Below, piece by piece: positions 10,801-18,807 of a stretch of DNA of 64,000 nt. The DNA comes from Nitrosopumilus sp. GTDB lineage: Archaea > Thermoproteota > Nitrososphaeria > Nitrososphaerales > Nitrosopumilaceae. The stretch covers positions 1,536,001 through 1,600,000 of the forward strand of contig OZ241981.1 of NCBI GenBank assembly GCA_965204345.1, given 5' to 3'. Made by a program: the position numbers and the translations under genes. The notes under the pieces were generated by a model. It searched no databases. It was not told the DNA's origin and saw nothing but the letters and a program-made list of their open reading frames with translations. Within the stretch, counting starts at the first letter, position 1, and every line of letters starts with the position of its first letter.

Positions 10801-11252
10801 ATGACTTGCAGTACAATGATTTAGTAGGCATTGCGTGGAAACGGTTCGTACGGGATATGAAAAATGAATCAGTCCGAAATACAGAGCGTAAACATCAGAT
10901 ATTTTTTGATAAAAAATTGACACGTATTGCAACACATGATAGGTCTCTTGCAGAACGTGCAAAGAAACTAAAACCGTTTGTGACTGCTGAAAAGTCCGCC
11001 ATGCTAGCATCACGAGCTACACTTGCAGAACGTGCAAAGAAACTAAAACCGTTTGTGACATCTAGAATGAGGCACACACATCAGCCTTATAGAAGCCTGT
11101 CTGAGTTGCACAGACAGATTGACAAAGACGTTTCAATGAATGATGCTACGATAATTGATGAACTTGAAAAAATCCAAAAAAAATACGGCCACATCAAATA
11201 TACAAAGACCATCAAAAAGCCCAGAATATTATACAGTATGATGGTGAGCTAA
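7881..11252 (+). CDS. PLD-family nuclease fused to SF2 (SNF2-like) helicase; putative restriction subunit
   Basis: LHAKAY...GSSNLS; ADVVGTGKS, DESH, TATP, STDVLSEGVNL, QRVGRLDRIG. Confidence 0.88.
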   Translation: MSNMSDEECHIDNEDIIDNEHHILIDHLRSALPETKRASIAVGYFFISGFSEIMDSLARIENSEDPNDMIRLLISPTTNRATAEALLASNENLDSVRKNISVKETTDEQEVGIMKDQVKKTLEYMPQTTKDQVAAKKIRELIQKKKLQVKVYTREQLHAKAYIFELDNTIAPRMAIVGSSNLSISGIKEHTELNLKTKNDANVKGLLQWFDCHWNDKSCKEFTEEIADILDRSWTGNDNTPEDVYGKASLYEHEKLIGHGVDGESNGTKELFDFQNKAVSEALTKLDNYNGVIIADVVGTGKSYIGSEILKRLKDYQHAKPLVICPPHLIEMWRNLLRDFDIYGEVESRFKIGMDDNVLRRYTHCDVILIDESHNFRHHDTNAYQALSAFMEEKTDEAKMIMLTATPISNTIHDLKNQLKLFPTEGVERIPPVGSTKLDEYFKGLESATREVSPEGVIKIQELLKHVLIRRTRTQIIKKYAKRDGNRYYMDMKEGRKYFPKRKLQNPEEYDADKVYNNAFAQIENAIESLHLARYVPGKYIKDEFLTDTRYADLVNISRPMSGIVRTSLLKRMESSLKAFDTSINNYQKGYRLFKKQLEKGRIPIGKEFKDVIYKKMDDDYDDKDYDEDIANIKSKYDIKAFDVDLWKKEIDEDLSKFAEIVGHLRGEEFTKRDDKLHKLRDLIKDKDEKILIFSESAETVKYIYDYLKDELPKDRKIEKIDSKVDQKTKTSLVERFDPKNNNAADKIPENKEIDILVSTDVLSEGVNLHAGKTVINYDFHWNPVRLIQRVGRLDRIGSEHPIIDIFNFLPTTKIDIALSLQERVSEKIRTIRRIIGSDQQILVATEDIDEKGISPIYNPDDNDDISDPEIQSGIFDIEETDSEKHADDISQDKEKKNYFDNLPFGIRAVTGSDKLIIACEAEGSILDQDGRGNLGTAFRKHYEITKNGNLNSITPSSFLKQIGNNINHTGKCDDLQYNDLVGIAWKRFVRDMKNESVRNTERKHQIFFDKKLTRIATHDRSLAERAKKLKPFVTAEKSAMLASRATLAERAKKLKPFVTSRMRHTHQPYRSLSELHRQIDKDVSMNDATIIDELEKIQKKYGHIKYTKTIKKPRILYSMMVS
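10947..11059 (+). repeat. 38-bp direct repeat pair (10947-10984, 11022-11059) with 37-bp spacer, in frame
   Basis: cttgcagaacgtgcaaagaaactaaaaccgtttgtgac twice; LAERAKKLKPFVT duplicated. Confidence 0.9.
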
Positions 11253-14200
11253 TGAGTTTTGATGAGCACATAAAACCACTGCAAAGAGATTTTCAGAATG
11301 TAGGGTACACTACAATCCGGGAACCGTGGGATACCAGCAGACTTTGCAACGAAGACGCTGTGATAGATGTGGAAATAATTGCAAGGAAGGATTATTTCAA
11401 TATTTTGTATCTTGAGGCAGAATCAAATTGGAGGGGATTATCCAGTCAAGTAGCCCAAAAAAACACAAATCCCTGTATGGTGATTACCCGATACGGCGAT
11501 ACACATCACATCTTTACTACAATGAGAGATCACGGAACTTTGCATGCAAAGCCTCGACATGTCATATTGAGGACAGAGATTAAAAAAGAGTTGATTGTCA
11601 AATTCATTCACGAGATTAAGGTTAACGTAAATGATGAACACATAGAAGTTGACACAAAAGTACAAAATGCATTTGATAAATTCACTGCATACCAACAGGC
11701 CATTGATGAATTTGCTGAGAATCTTGAAAAAGCGATAAAAAATACACGTGCTATAATAGTCAAGTCATCAAAAGACAGCAAAGACTATGATGTAGAAGCT
11801 GCAAAATTTCTAGACATGTGTCGCAAGGTAATTAGCGATAAGCTAGAACCAAACGACATTACAGAAATGTTATTGCAACATGTCCTAACATACAGAATTT
11901 TTGCCCTGATATATGATGAACACAAGCTTCATACTACAAATGCAGTTGCACGATCTCTCGAAGGATTGATCAACATACTTGGCATGGATGTAAAAGAGAT
12001 TAATGCAAACTATAGTACAATAGAGCTTGTCGCAGAGTCTATCACTGATGCTACAGAAAAACAGGATTTTCTAAAGCAGGTATATGAAACATTTTATGCA
12101 AAGTATGATCCAAAAAACAAGGACAGTTGGGGAATAGCATACACGCCATCAGAAGTAGTAGACTTTATGGTAAAGTCTACAGAACAATTACTTGAGAAAC
12201 ATTTTGGAAGAAATCTCTCTGATGACAATGTCACAATACTTGATCCTGCAACTGGAACCGGAACATTTGTGACATCCGTTTTGAGACATACAAAACCGAC
12301 ATCGCTTGAATCAAAATACAACAATGATATTTTTGCAAATGACATATCTATACTTGCGTATTACATCGCAGCTCTAAACATAGAGAATACCTATCAGGAA
12401 ATAACAGGCAAGATTAAAGAATTTGAGAATATTTGTTGGATGGATACTCTTACAAGCGGTACAAAAGATTTTGGTAAATTAAGCTCATATTTTGACGGAC
12501 AAGACAACGTAAAGCGCATATCAAGGCAACAAACAAAGGACATATGTGTGGTCTTGGGAAACCCGCCGTACAACGCGATACAGGTATCCTTCAATGATGC
12601 TAACCCTGCAGACAAATATCCTGACATTGACCAAAAAATCGAAAAGACTTGGAGCAATACCAATGTGAAAAAAGGTAGCACCAAGTATGACATGTACAAA
12701 CGGTTTCTTAAGTGGTCAAGTGAGCGTATCAAGAAAAATGGCATGGTTGTGTTTATTAGCAATAATTCTTTTCTTGATGCAAAGTCAGATGACGGTTTTA
12801 GGAGAGCAGTATATGAGGAATTTGATTACATCTATACTGTAAATTTAAAAGGAAATGCAAGAACATCTGGTGAGCTACGACGAGAACAAGCAGGCAATGT
12901 ATTTCGAGATACTATCAAGGTAGGAATCACCATATCGTTCTTCGTTAAAACTAGTGAGAATAAATCAGAGATTCATTATACTGAGATAGATAACTACCTA
13001 AAAAGCGAAGAGAAGCTCAAATGGCTTGCGGACAACTCGCTTTCTACACTATCACTAAGGCAAATAATGCCTGACAAGGAGGCTAATTGGCTTAACCAGA
13101 CCAATAATGATTTTGATGAGTTGGTTCCTGTGGTAAATGATGTCAACTCTGTATTTAAGAAGTTTTCATACGGTTCTCAATCAAATCGAGATGAATGGGT
13201 ATATGATTTTGATAAAAAAAGATTAGAAAATAAAATCAAATATTTTTCCACATTTTATAATCGTCAAATTGTTACATATGAAAATACAACAAAGTCTGTA
13301 AAAGAAATTGGGAAAGAGGTAGACAAAACAATAAAATGGACTAGAGGTGGATTAAATCATTTATTGCGCGGTAATCGCTTATCTTACACCAAAACAAATA
13401 TTCAAAAGACAATGTATAGGCCGTTCGTAGTAAAATATCAATACTTTGACAAAATAATAATCGAGTGGTTAAGAAAATTTCCTAGTATATTCCAAGATTC
13501 CAAGCCAAACATGTTAATTGGATTTCCAAATCCCAAGACTAACATACCATTCCATACATTAGTAGCTGATAAAATTATGGACACAGGCTCTGTTCTTGAT
13601 ACACAATGTATTCCACTTTACATGTATGGAGATAATAACAAACGATACAGTAATATCACAGAGTTTGGTCTAAAATTATTTCAAACATATTACAAAAGTA
13701 GCAAAATAACTTATGAGGACATATTCTATTACACATATGCCATATTCAATGACCCAAAATATTCAGAAAAATATATGTTCAATCTGCAACGAAAATTCCC
13801 GAGAATGCCATTGGCAGAAAATTTCATGGAATGGGTTGGGATAGGTAAAAAACTCTATGATCTTCATGTGGGGTTCGAAAGTGCTAAACCATATCCCCTA
13901 AAGCGAATCGACAAAAAAACCAACAAAAATAACGTCAAATTAAGCCTAAAGAAATCAAAAATAATGATCGATAATCAGACAATTCTTGAAGATATTCCAA
14001 ATCAGGCATTACAATACAAGTTTAGCTCAAAATGTGCACTAGAATGGATTTTGGAATTCTATAAGGAATCAAAAAATCAAATATCAGACAAGTCATGTGA
14101 TGATCCCAAAATTAGGAAAAAATTCAACACATACAAGTTTGCTGATTACAAGGAACATGTGATAGATCTGTTACGAAGAGTAACAACCGTCTCAGTCGAA

Positions 14201-14413
14201 ACTATGAGATTGAGAACAGAATTAGAAAATATGCCTTGGGGCAAACAACCAAAACTAAATCTGGATAAATCAAAAGGAGAACAAACTATCTCAAAAGTAT
14301 TCAAGAAAACTAAAAAGAGCAAAAAAGTAGCAAAAAAAACCCGCAAGAAAACAAAACAGGCAGCCGGTATGCAAGAAACACTTGACGACCATGGTCAAAA
14401 AAGGCTGCTCTAA
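11252..14413 (+). CDS. N6-adenine DNA methyltransferase with Type ISP-like C-terminal specificity domain
   Basis: YTPSEVVDFMV, LDPATGTGTF, GNPPYN, NLKGN, RDEWVY, YRPF, IFYYTYAIF, ALEWI; TAATG coupling to the upstream gene. Confidence 0.9.
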   Translation: MSFDEHIKPLQRDFQNVGYTTIREPWDTSRLCNEDAVIDVEIIARKDYFNILYLEAESNWRGLSSQVAQKNTNPCMVITRYGDTHHIFTTMRDHGTLHAKPRHVILRTEIKKELIVKFIHEIKVNVNDEHIEVDTKVQNAFDKFTAYQQAIDEFAENLEKAIKNTRAIIVKSSKDSKDYDVEAAKFLDMCRKVISDKLEPNDITEMLLQHVLTYRIFALIYDEHKLHTTNAVARSLEGLINILGMDVKEINANYSTIELVAESITDATEKQDFLKQVYETFYAKYDPKNKDSWGIAYTPSEVVDFMVKSTEQLLEKHFGRNLSDDNVTILDPATGTGTFVTSVLRHTKPTSLESKYNNDIFANDISILAYYIAALNIENTYQEITGKIKEFENICWMDTLTSGTKDFGKLSSYFDGQDNVKRISRQQTKDICVVLGNPPYNAIQVSFNDANPADKYPDIDQKIEKTWSNTNVKKGSTKYDMYKRFLKWSSERIKKNGMVVFISNNSFLDAKSDDGFRRAVYEEFDYIYTVNLKGNARTSGELRREQAGNVFRDTIKVGITISFFVKTSENKSEIHYTEIDNYLKSEEKLKWLADNSLSTLSLRQIMPDKEANWLNQTNNDFDELVPVVNDVNSVFKKFSYGSQSNRDEWVYDFDKKRLENKIKYFSTFYNRQIVTYENTTKSVKEIGKEVDKTIKWTRGGLNHLLRGNRLSYTKTNIQKTMYRPFVVKYQYFDKIIIEWLRKFPSIFQDSKPNMLIGFPNPKTNIPFHTLVADKIMDTGSVLDTQCIPLYMYGDNNKRYSNITEFGLKLFQTYYKSSKITYEDIFYYTYAIFNDPKYSEKYMFNLQRKFPRMPLAENFMEWVGIGKKLYDLHVGFESAKPYPLKRIDKKTNKNNVKLSLKKSKIMIDNQTILEDIPNQALQYKFSSKCALEWILEFYKESKNQISDKSCDDPKIRKKFNTYKFADYKEHVIDLLRRVTTVSVETMRLRTELENMPWGKQPKLNLDKSKGEQTISKVFKKTKKSKKVAKKTRKKTKQAAGMQETLDDHGQKRLL
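12550..12856. repeat. 307-bp perfect inverted repeat, right arm
   Basis: Partner of 6056-6362. Confidence 0.95.
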
Positions 14414-15059
14414 CCTAGAATCTCTGTACTAAGCCATCAGAATATGACTTGCTATTTTTGAGGAATTTTGGAGAAAATTTAGATCCCCGCCTAGATTTAA
14501 TGGTGAAAATTTCATATACTGTTTTCTGAAGTGTCCTATGATGTACTAATGTTCAAATTTTTGTAGAAAGACATGACGATTAAGGACTTTCAGAGGTAAA
14601 ACCATCAAATGAAATCATCAGAGAAAAAAATAGTTATCAGTAATTCTGCTAGCAGGGGCAAATGGCAGGCGTTTTCTAATTGCAGTTTTTTCTTATCTCA
14701 CAAAACCGCTAATCTGCCTTTTTCTTTATGCGTAATGATTTTTTTATTTTATGCGTAAAAACCCTCTTTACCTCAATCCGTCGATTTCTATATGCGTAAC
14801 AAGGGAGGTAACGATTTTCCGTAAAGTCAAGAAAGTTTACGATATGTTACCGTTAACTTGTAATTTTATTTGTTATACTTTCACACCAATCAAAATTAAT
14901 GATATTCCCAAGTGATCTCTTTAGTACTATTGCATCATTCCCAAAAAAAGAATCTTTGGACAGATTACAACCAGTAGGGTATGCCATGCAATAGAAAGAT
15001 GGGTCAAGAGCCTCCGATCCCCTGAAAAGATAACCTAATATGCCCCATCATAGTATGCA

Positions 15060-15183
15060 AAGTTATCAGTACCAAACATTCTCAGGCTGTTCATTACAGG
15101 CGATAATATGTTATATTTTCACTTTAGCCAAAGAGAATTTTATATCATCAAGATTTGCAGGAATACAACAGATTCAAGCATAA
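15060..15183 (+). pseudogene. HicB-like antitoxin remnant
   Basis: SVPNI/SGCSLQ and ...RFAGIQQIQA* with TAATG overlap into the hicA remnant. Confidence 0.45.
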
Positions 15184-15400
15184 TGAAACTCAATCTTGTT
15201 TCTGATAGGAATATCTGTAAGATTGTTGAAAAATTAGGTTTTACAAAAATTCATCAATAAGAAGTCATGTGAGATATGTTCATTCTGATGGTCGTAAGAC
15301 AGTTGTTCTGGTGTATGGTAATGAAATGTTAGGTAGAGGTTTGATTAATGAAATTTCAAGGACAAGACTGGTAGAAGGAACGATTTATTCTAAGTTGGAT
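15183..15400 (+). pseudogene. hicA: HicA toxin pseudogene
   Basis: MKLNLVSDRNICKIVEKLGFTKIHQ* then frameshift to SHVRYVHSDGRKTVV...LGRGLINEI. Confidence 0.75.
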
Positions 15401-15894
15401 TATCTGATTGAATACCCATTATTTACAGATTCAAAATGGAGAAATCTTTCACAAATAGTAGATTGTGTAGCTTTTGTATCAGGAAGAAATTCAGGAGAAA
15501 TACAATATTAATACACACCACAAATTGGGACAGATATTATGACATGATAGAAAAGAAATTCCGCAAAGTCAATGGAACTCATCATAGTTATAGATTAAAG
15601 ATTTTTCCAAAATAGAAAGGTTAGGGGAGAAACTCCGCATCACCTTCCCAATGTGACCTAGGTCATTCGCTAATTAAACTAGCAATTGCTGCTTTAAATA
15701 ATTATATTATATGGTAATTACCAACAAAGTAATTTATTTAGATTAACAAACTCGGCATGGAGATTAGTTTGAAAAATCTTATGATGTACATATATTCAAA
15801 TCCCATTTAGGAGATTAAACAATTCAAATTATCATTATGAGTAAAATTTGAACCTAAAAACGATGTAGGAAGCATGGATATGAACAAAAATTAA

Positions 15895-15914
15895 TGGGCC
15901 CTCGTTAGGATTTG
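15895..15914 (-). repeat. att-like remnant of the tRNA-Asp 3' end
   Basis: tgggccctcgttaggatttg preceded by aacaaaaattaa, similar to the tRNA flank aaacaaaattag. Confidence 0.55.
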
Positions 15915-16164
15915 TCAAATCTGTCTACTCTTCTCATTTATTTATGGCTAGAAAATTCAAAATTACGTTATAGATCAAAAGCTAGTTCGTAAGAGTTTAA
16001 AGAAATATCAAAGTATCATATTGTATGTATACGCAGGGTAAAACACACACCGTTATGATAGAACAAGACAAAGACGGTTTGCAATATTGTCCATTATGAG
16101 GGACACGTTGCATTGCAAAGAACAGCAACAGCATAAGAAAAATTACAGCAATATTTTATATCAG

Positions 16165-16998
16165 CTAGACTTTGATTAGCGTTGATTTTTTATTCTGTAT
16201 TTTAGTGATGCAGAAATTGGCAAATTCTTTTTCGGTATATTCCACTTCCTTTAGGACACTGTTGACCTTGGTGACTGTTGGGTATTGATCATATGTCCTG
16301 CCTTTGATTGTACGTCCTCCAGACTTTGGTCTGATTCCTCCCCATTGTTTGAAAAAAACACAAACCTTTTGCTTTTTGCATTGTTTTATGATATCTAGAA
16401 TCCACTTTTCTTCTACTTTGCGGTAACCTGGGCCACTTTCTCCTCCAATGATAACCCAGTCAATGTTTTTCAGATTTAGTTGGCCAACTGAACCAATCAA
16501 CGGCTCTATGCTCAAAAATCTTGTATGACATTTTACTTTCCGTAAATCATCAACTCTCCATTTGTAGTCTCGGTTTTCGACACTCACTCCCATCCAAATA
16601 TGTGGAGGTATTTTTTCTCCAAAGTAATCTCTAAACAGTTTTGAGAATTCAAGCATGACATGAGAACGTTTTGTCAGGACCTGATAGAAATGATGATCTG
16701 CTCGTAGCATGGTGTGAAAACAGCTGCCAATGTATTCCATTCTGGATTTTTCATGAAACAAATCCGACATGCTGTTTACAAAAACTTTCTTGCTTTTCTT
16801 CCAAGTCAAAGGTAATTCCAAGTCATCAGGCTGTTCTGTAAACTCAAAATTATTTTTGTATTTTTTTACTCCCATTGCTTTTAGTCTTTTTGAAAGTTTT
16901 TCAGCATAACAATTTGCACAACCGGGAGATATCTTGGTGCACCCTGTTGTAGGATTCCACGTTGCCTCTGTCCATTCAATGGCGGAATTGTTTGCCAT
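16165..16998 (-). CDS. DUF5131 / phage Gp37Gp68 family protein (three-Cys motif)
   Basis: IEWTEATWNPTTGCTKISPGCANCYA, FVNSMSDLFH, GGESG, FFKQWGG. Confidence 0.9.
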   Translation of the reverse strand: MANNSAIEWTEATWNPTTGCTKISPGCANCYAEKLSKRLKAMGVKKYKNNFEFTEQPDDLELPLTWKKSKKVFVNSMSDLFHEKSRMEYIGSCFHTMLRADHHFYQVLTKRSHVMLEFSKLFRDYFGEKIPPHIWMGVSVENRDYKWRVDDLRKVKCHTRFLSIEPLIGSVGQLNLKNIDWVIIGGESGPGYRKVEEKWILDIIKQCKKQKVCVFFKQWGGIRPKSGGRTIKGRTYDQYPTVTKVNSVLKEVEYTEKEFANFCITKIQNKKSTLIKV

Positions 16999-17139
16999 AT
17001 TTTTATCAGATCTATACTATTACTAAAATATTCATTTTGTAGATTGCGTTAAATTTTGACTATGGGTGCACGTATGTTCCACTGCGAAAATAAATAGCTC
17101 TAAAAAAATTAATATCATTGAATCATCACAAGGTATTAC

Positions 17140-18102
17140 TTGCCGAACAAATTTTCTATAACTGACAGCATCAAGCGAGCAAGAACAAGTTTTTCACACA
17201 TTTACAATGACGGTTTGGAAAAATCCATCGGAGATATCTGGTCCATCAAGAAATTTCTCTTGCTTGACTATTACATGCCTGTTTTCATATCTATCGTAAG
17301 CAACAATAATTTCAAGGAATTTTATTATGCAGATCCTTTTTGCGGTTCGGGAAAGTTTGCAGATTTTAAGGATCCTATCTTGAAAAAAGAATCTTTTCCA
17401 GGTTCTGCGCTAATTGGAGCACTAAATGCATCATGTTTGGGATATACCGGCTGTATTTTCTCTGATACTAATTCGGCTTATGTTGATTCATTTAATGCTC
17501 GCTTGGAGAAAAGTAAGATTATTCCAAATAATATTTCTTACAAGGCAGACACTATGGACTTTGAAAATACTGTAAAGAAAATCTTGGCGATGAGAAAATA
17601 TCAGGTTGCAATTCTTGTTTTGATAGACCCTGCTGCATATGTTCCGATTAAGTGGCATCTTATGGAGAAGTTATCTAAAGAGATTGGCGTAGACATTATC
17701 CTTAATTTTTACACTCACAGAATAGCACAGAATGTTTCTGCTACAAAGAAAAACAAGAGTGTAGAAAAGAATCTTGATGAGTTTTTTGGCGATGATTCTT
17801 GGAAGAAAATCAGAGACGGTCCAAGGTCCTCTTCTTTGGGAGAAAAATTGCTAGCACTTTACTTGGAAAAGATTCGTGTAGCATCTAAAAAAAATGTAAT
17901 AGATATAGGGGTGTACAAAGAGGGATCTCAGAAACTGTATGATTTGATTGTAATTACAAGAAGTCATGCAGGTGCAAAAGTAATAACAGATGCAAAAGAA
18001 GTGATGAGAAACGCTACTACTGAAGCTATAAAGCGTGAGCTCAAGACTCAGATTACGTCACAGACAAGACTCTTTTCTAATTCATCAAAAGACTTTGCGT
18101 AA
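17140..18102 (+). CDS. Three-Cys-motif partner protein (TcmP-like methyltransferase fold)
   Basis: WSIKKFLLLDYY, YADPFCGSG, GSALI, LIDP, FFGDDSW; adjacent to DUF5131. Confidence 0.8.
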   Translation: MPNKFSITDSIKRARTSFSHIYNDGLEKSIGDIWSIKKFLLLDYYMPVFISIVSNNNFKEFYYADPFCGSGKFADFKDPILKKESFPGSALIGALNASCLGYTGCIFSDTNSAYVDSFNARLEKSKIIPNNISYKADTMDFENTVKKILAMRKYQVAILVLIDPAAYVPIKWHLMEKLSKEIGVDIILNFYTHRIAQNVSATKKNKSVEKNLDEFFGDDSWKKIRDGPRSSSLGEKLLALYLEKIRVASKKNVIDIGVYKEGSQKLYDLIVITRSHAGAKVITDAKEVMRNATTEAIKRELKTQITSQTRLFSNSSKDFA

Positions 18103-18350
18103 AAAGATATGATTGTGGATAAGAGAAGATCTGCAAAAGAACAGCAAAAAAGGGATTCTAGTAAATTTTGATGATCTGATCACCGGAAATTAACAGCAAA
18201 TTGCAAGAGATGATTTTCTTAAAAATTACCAAGTTTTAATCATCAAAAAATCTCAAAGTACAACTCAGAGATTACTAAATATGTGAATTATGACATAGAT
18301 CACCAAAATTTACCAGAACCGGATTGAGCTAGGAATTTAAACAAAATTAG

Positions 18351-18428
18351 TGGCGCCCTCGGCGGGATTTGAACACGCGTCTCAGCCGTGACAGGGCCGA
18401 ATTCTAGACCGGGCTATACTACAAGGGC
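18351..18428 (-). tRNA. tRNA-Asp(GTC), CCA encoded
   Basis: Cloverleaf gcccttg...cgagggc-g-cca; anticodon loop CT-GTC-AC. Confidence 0.93.
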
Positions 18429-18524
18429 ACAAGTTGTTTGAAATAAAATGCCCGATTAAAAGTTTCTGTCATAACAAAATCTTTTGTAAAAGACTAAATT
18501 ATACAGTAAAGGCATTTTTTACGA

Positions 18525-18598
18525 GGGTCTATGGCGCAGCCAGGTAGCGCACCGGACTTTTAATCCGGTTGTCAAGGGTCCGAATCCCTTTAGACCCG
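18525..18598 (+). tRNA. tRNA-Lys(TTT)
   Basis: gggtcta...tagaccc-g; ccgga-CTTTTAA-tccgg. Confidence 0.95.
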
Positions 18599-18807
18599 CT
18601 TCTCTTTTATCTCATTTTCAAGGCTCAAAAGTACCATGATGACCGATTGAAATCTATAGTAGTCTTGTAGGACATAGTATAATCATGTCAAAGACGTTCA
18701 AACTTTCAATAGATGATCGTATAACTTAGCACTAGGAGAATCTACGCGTTTTTTTATATCCTTTTTACCGCAGTCTATCTTTAAAATAGCATTATTTTTC
18801 AAATTTT

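Larger units (their letters stand above)
3002..18428. mobile_element. Composite defence island at the 3' end of tRNA-Asp
   Basis: Degenerate tRNA 3'-end copies at 3002, 3918 and 15895; recombinase, RM, TA remnants and AT-rich decayed DNA. Confidence 0.75.

Noticed and set aside
10947-11059. CRISPR mini-array
   Set aside because: Two copies of ordinary in-frame coding sequence inside a gene
4511-14413. Diversity-generating retroelement (TR/VR)
   Set aside because: No reverse transcriptase in the window; differences are block-wise and not adenine-specific
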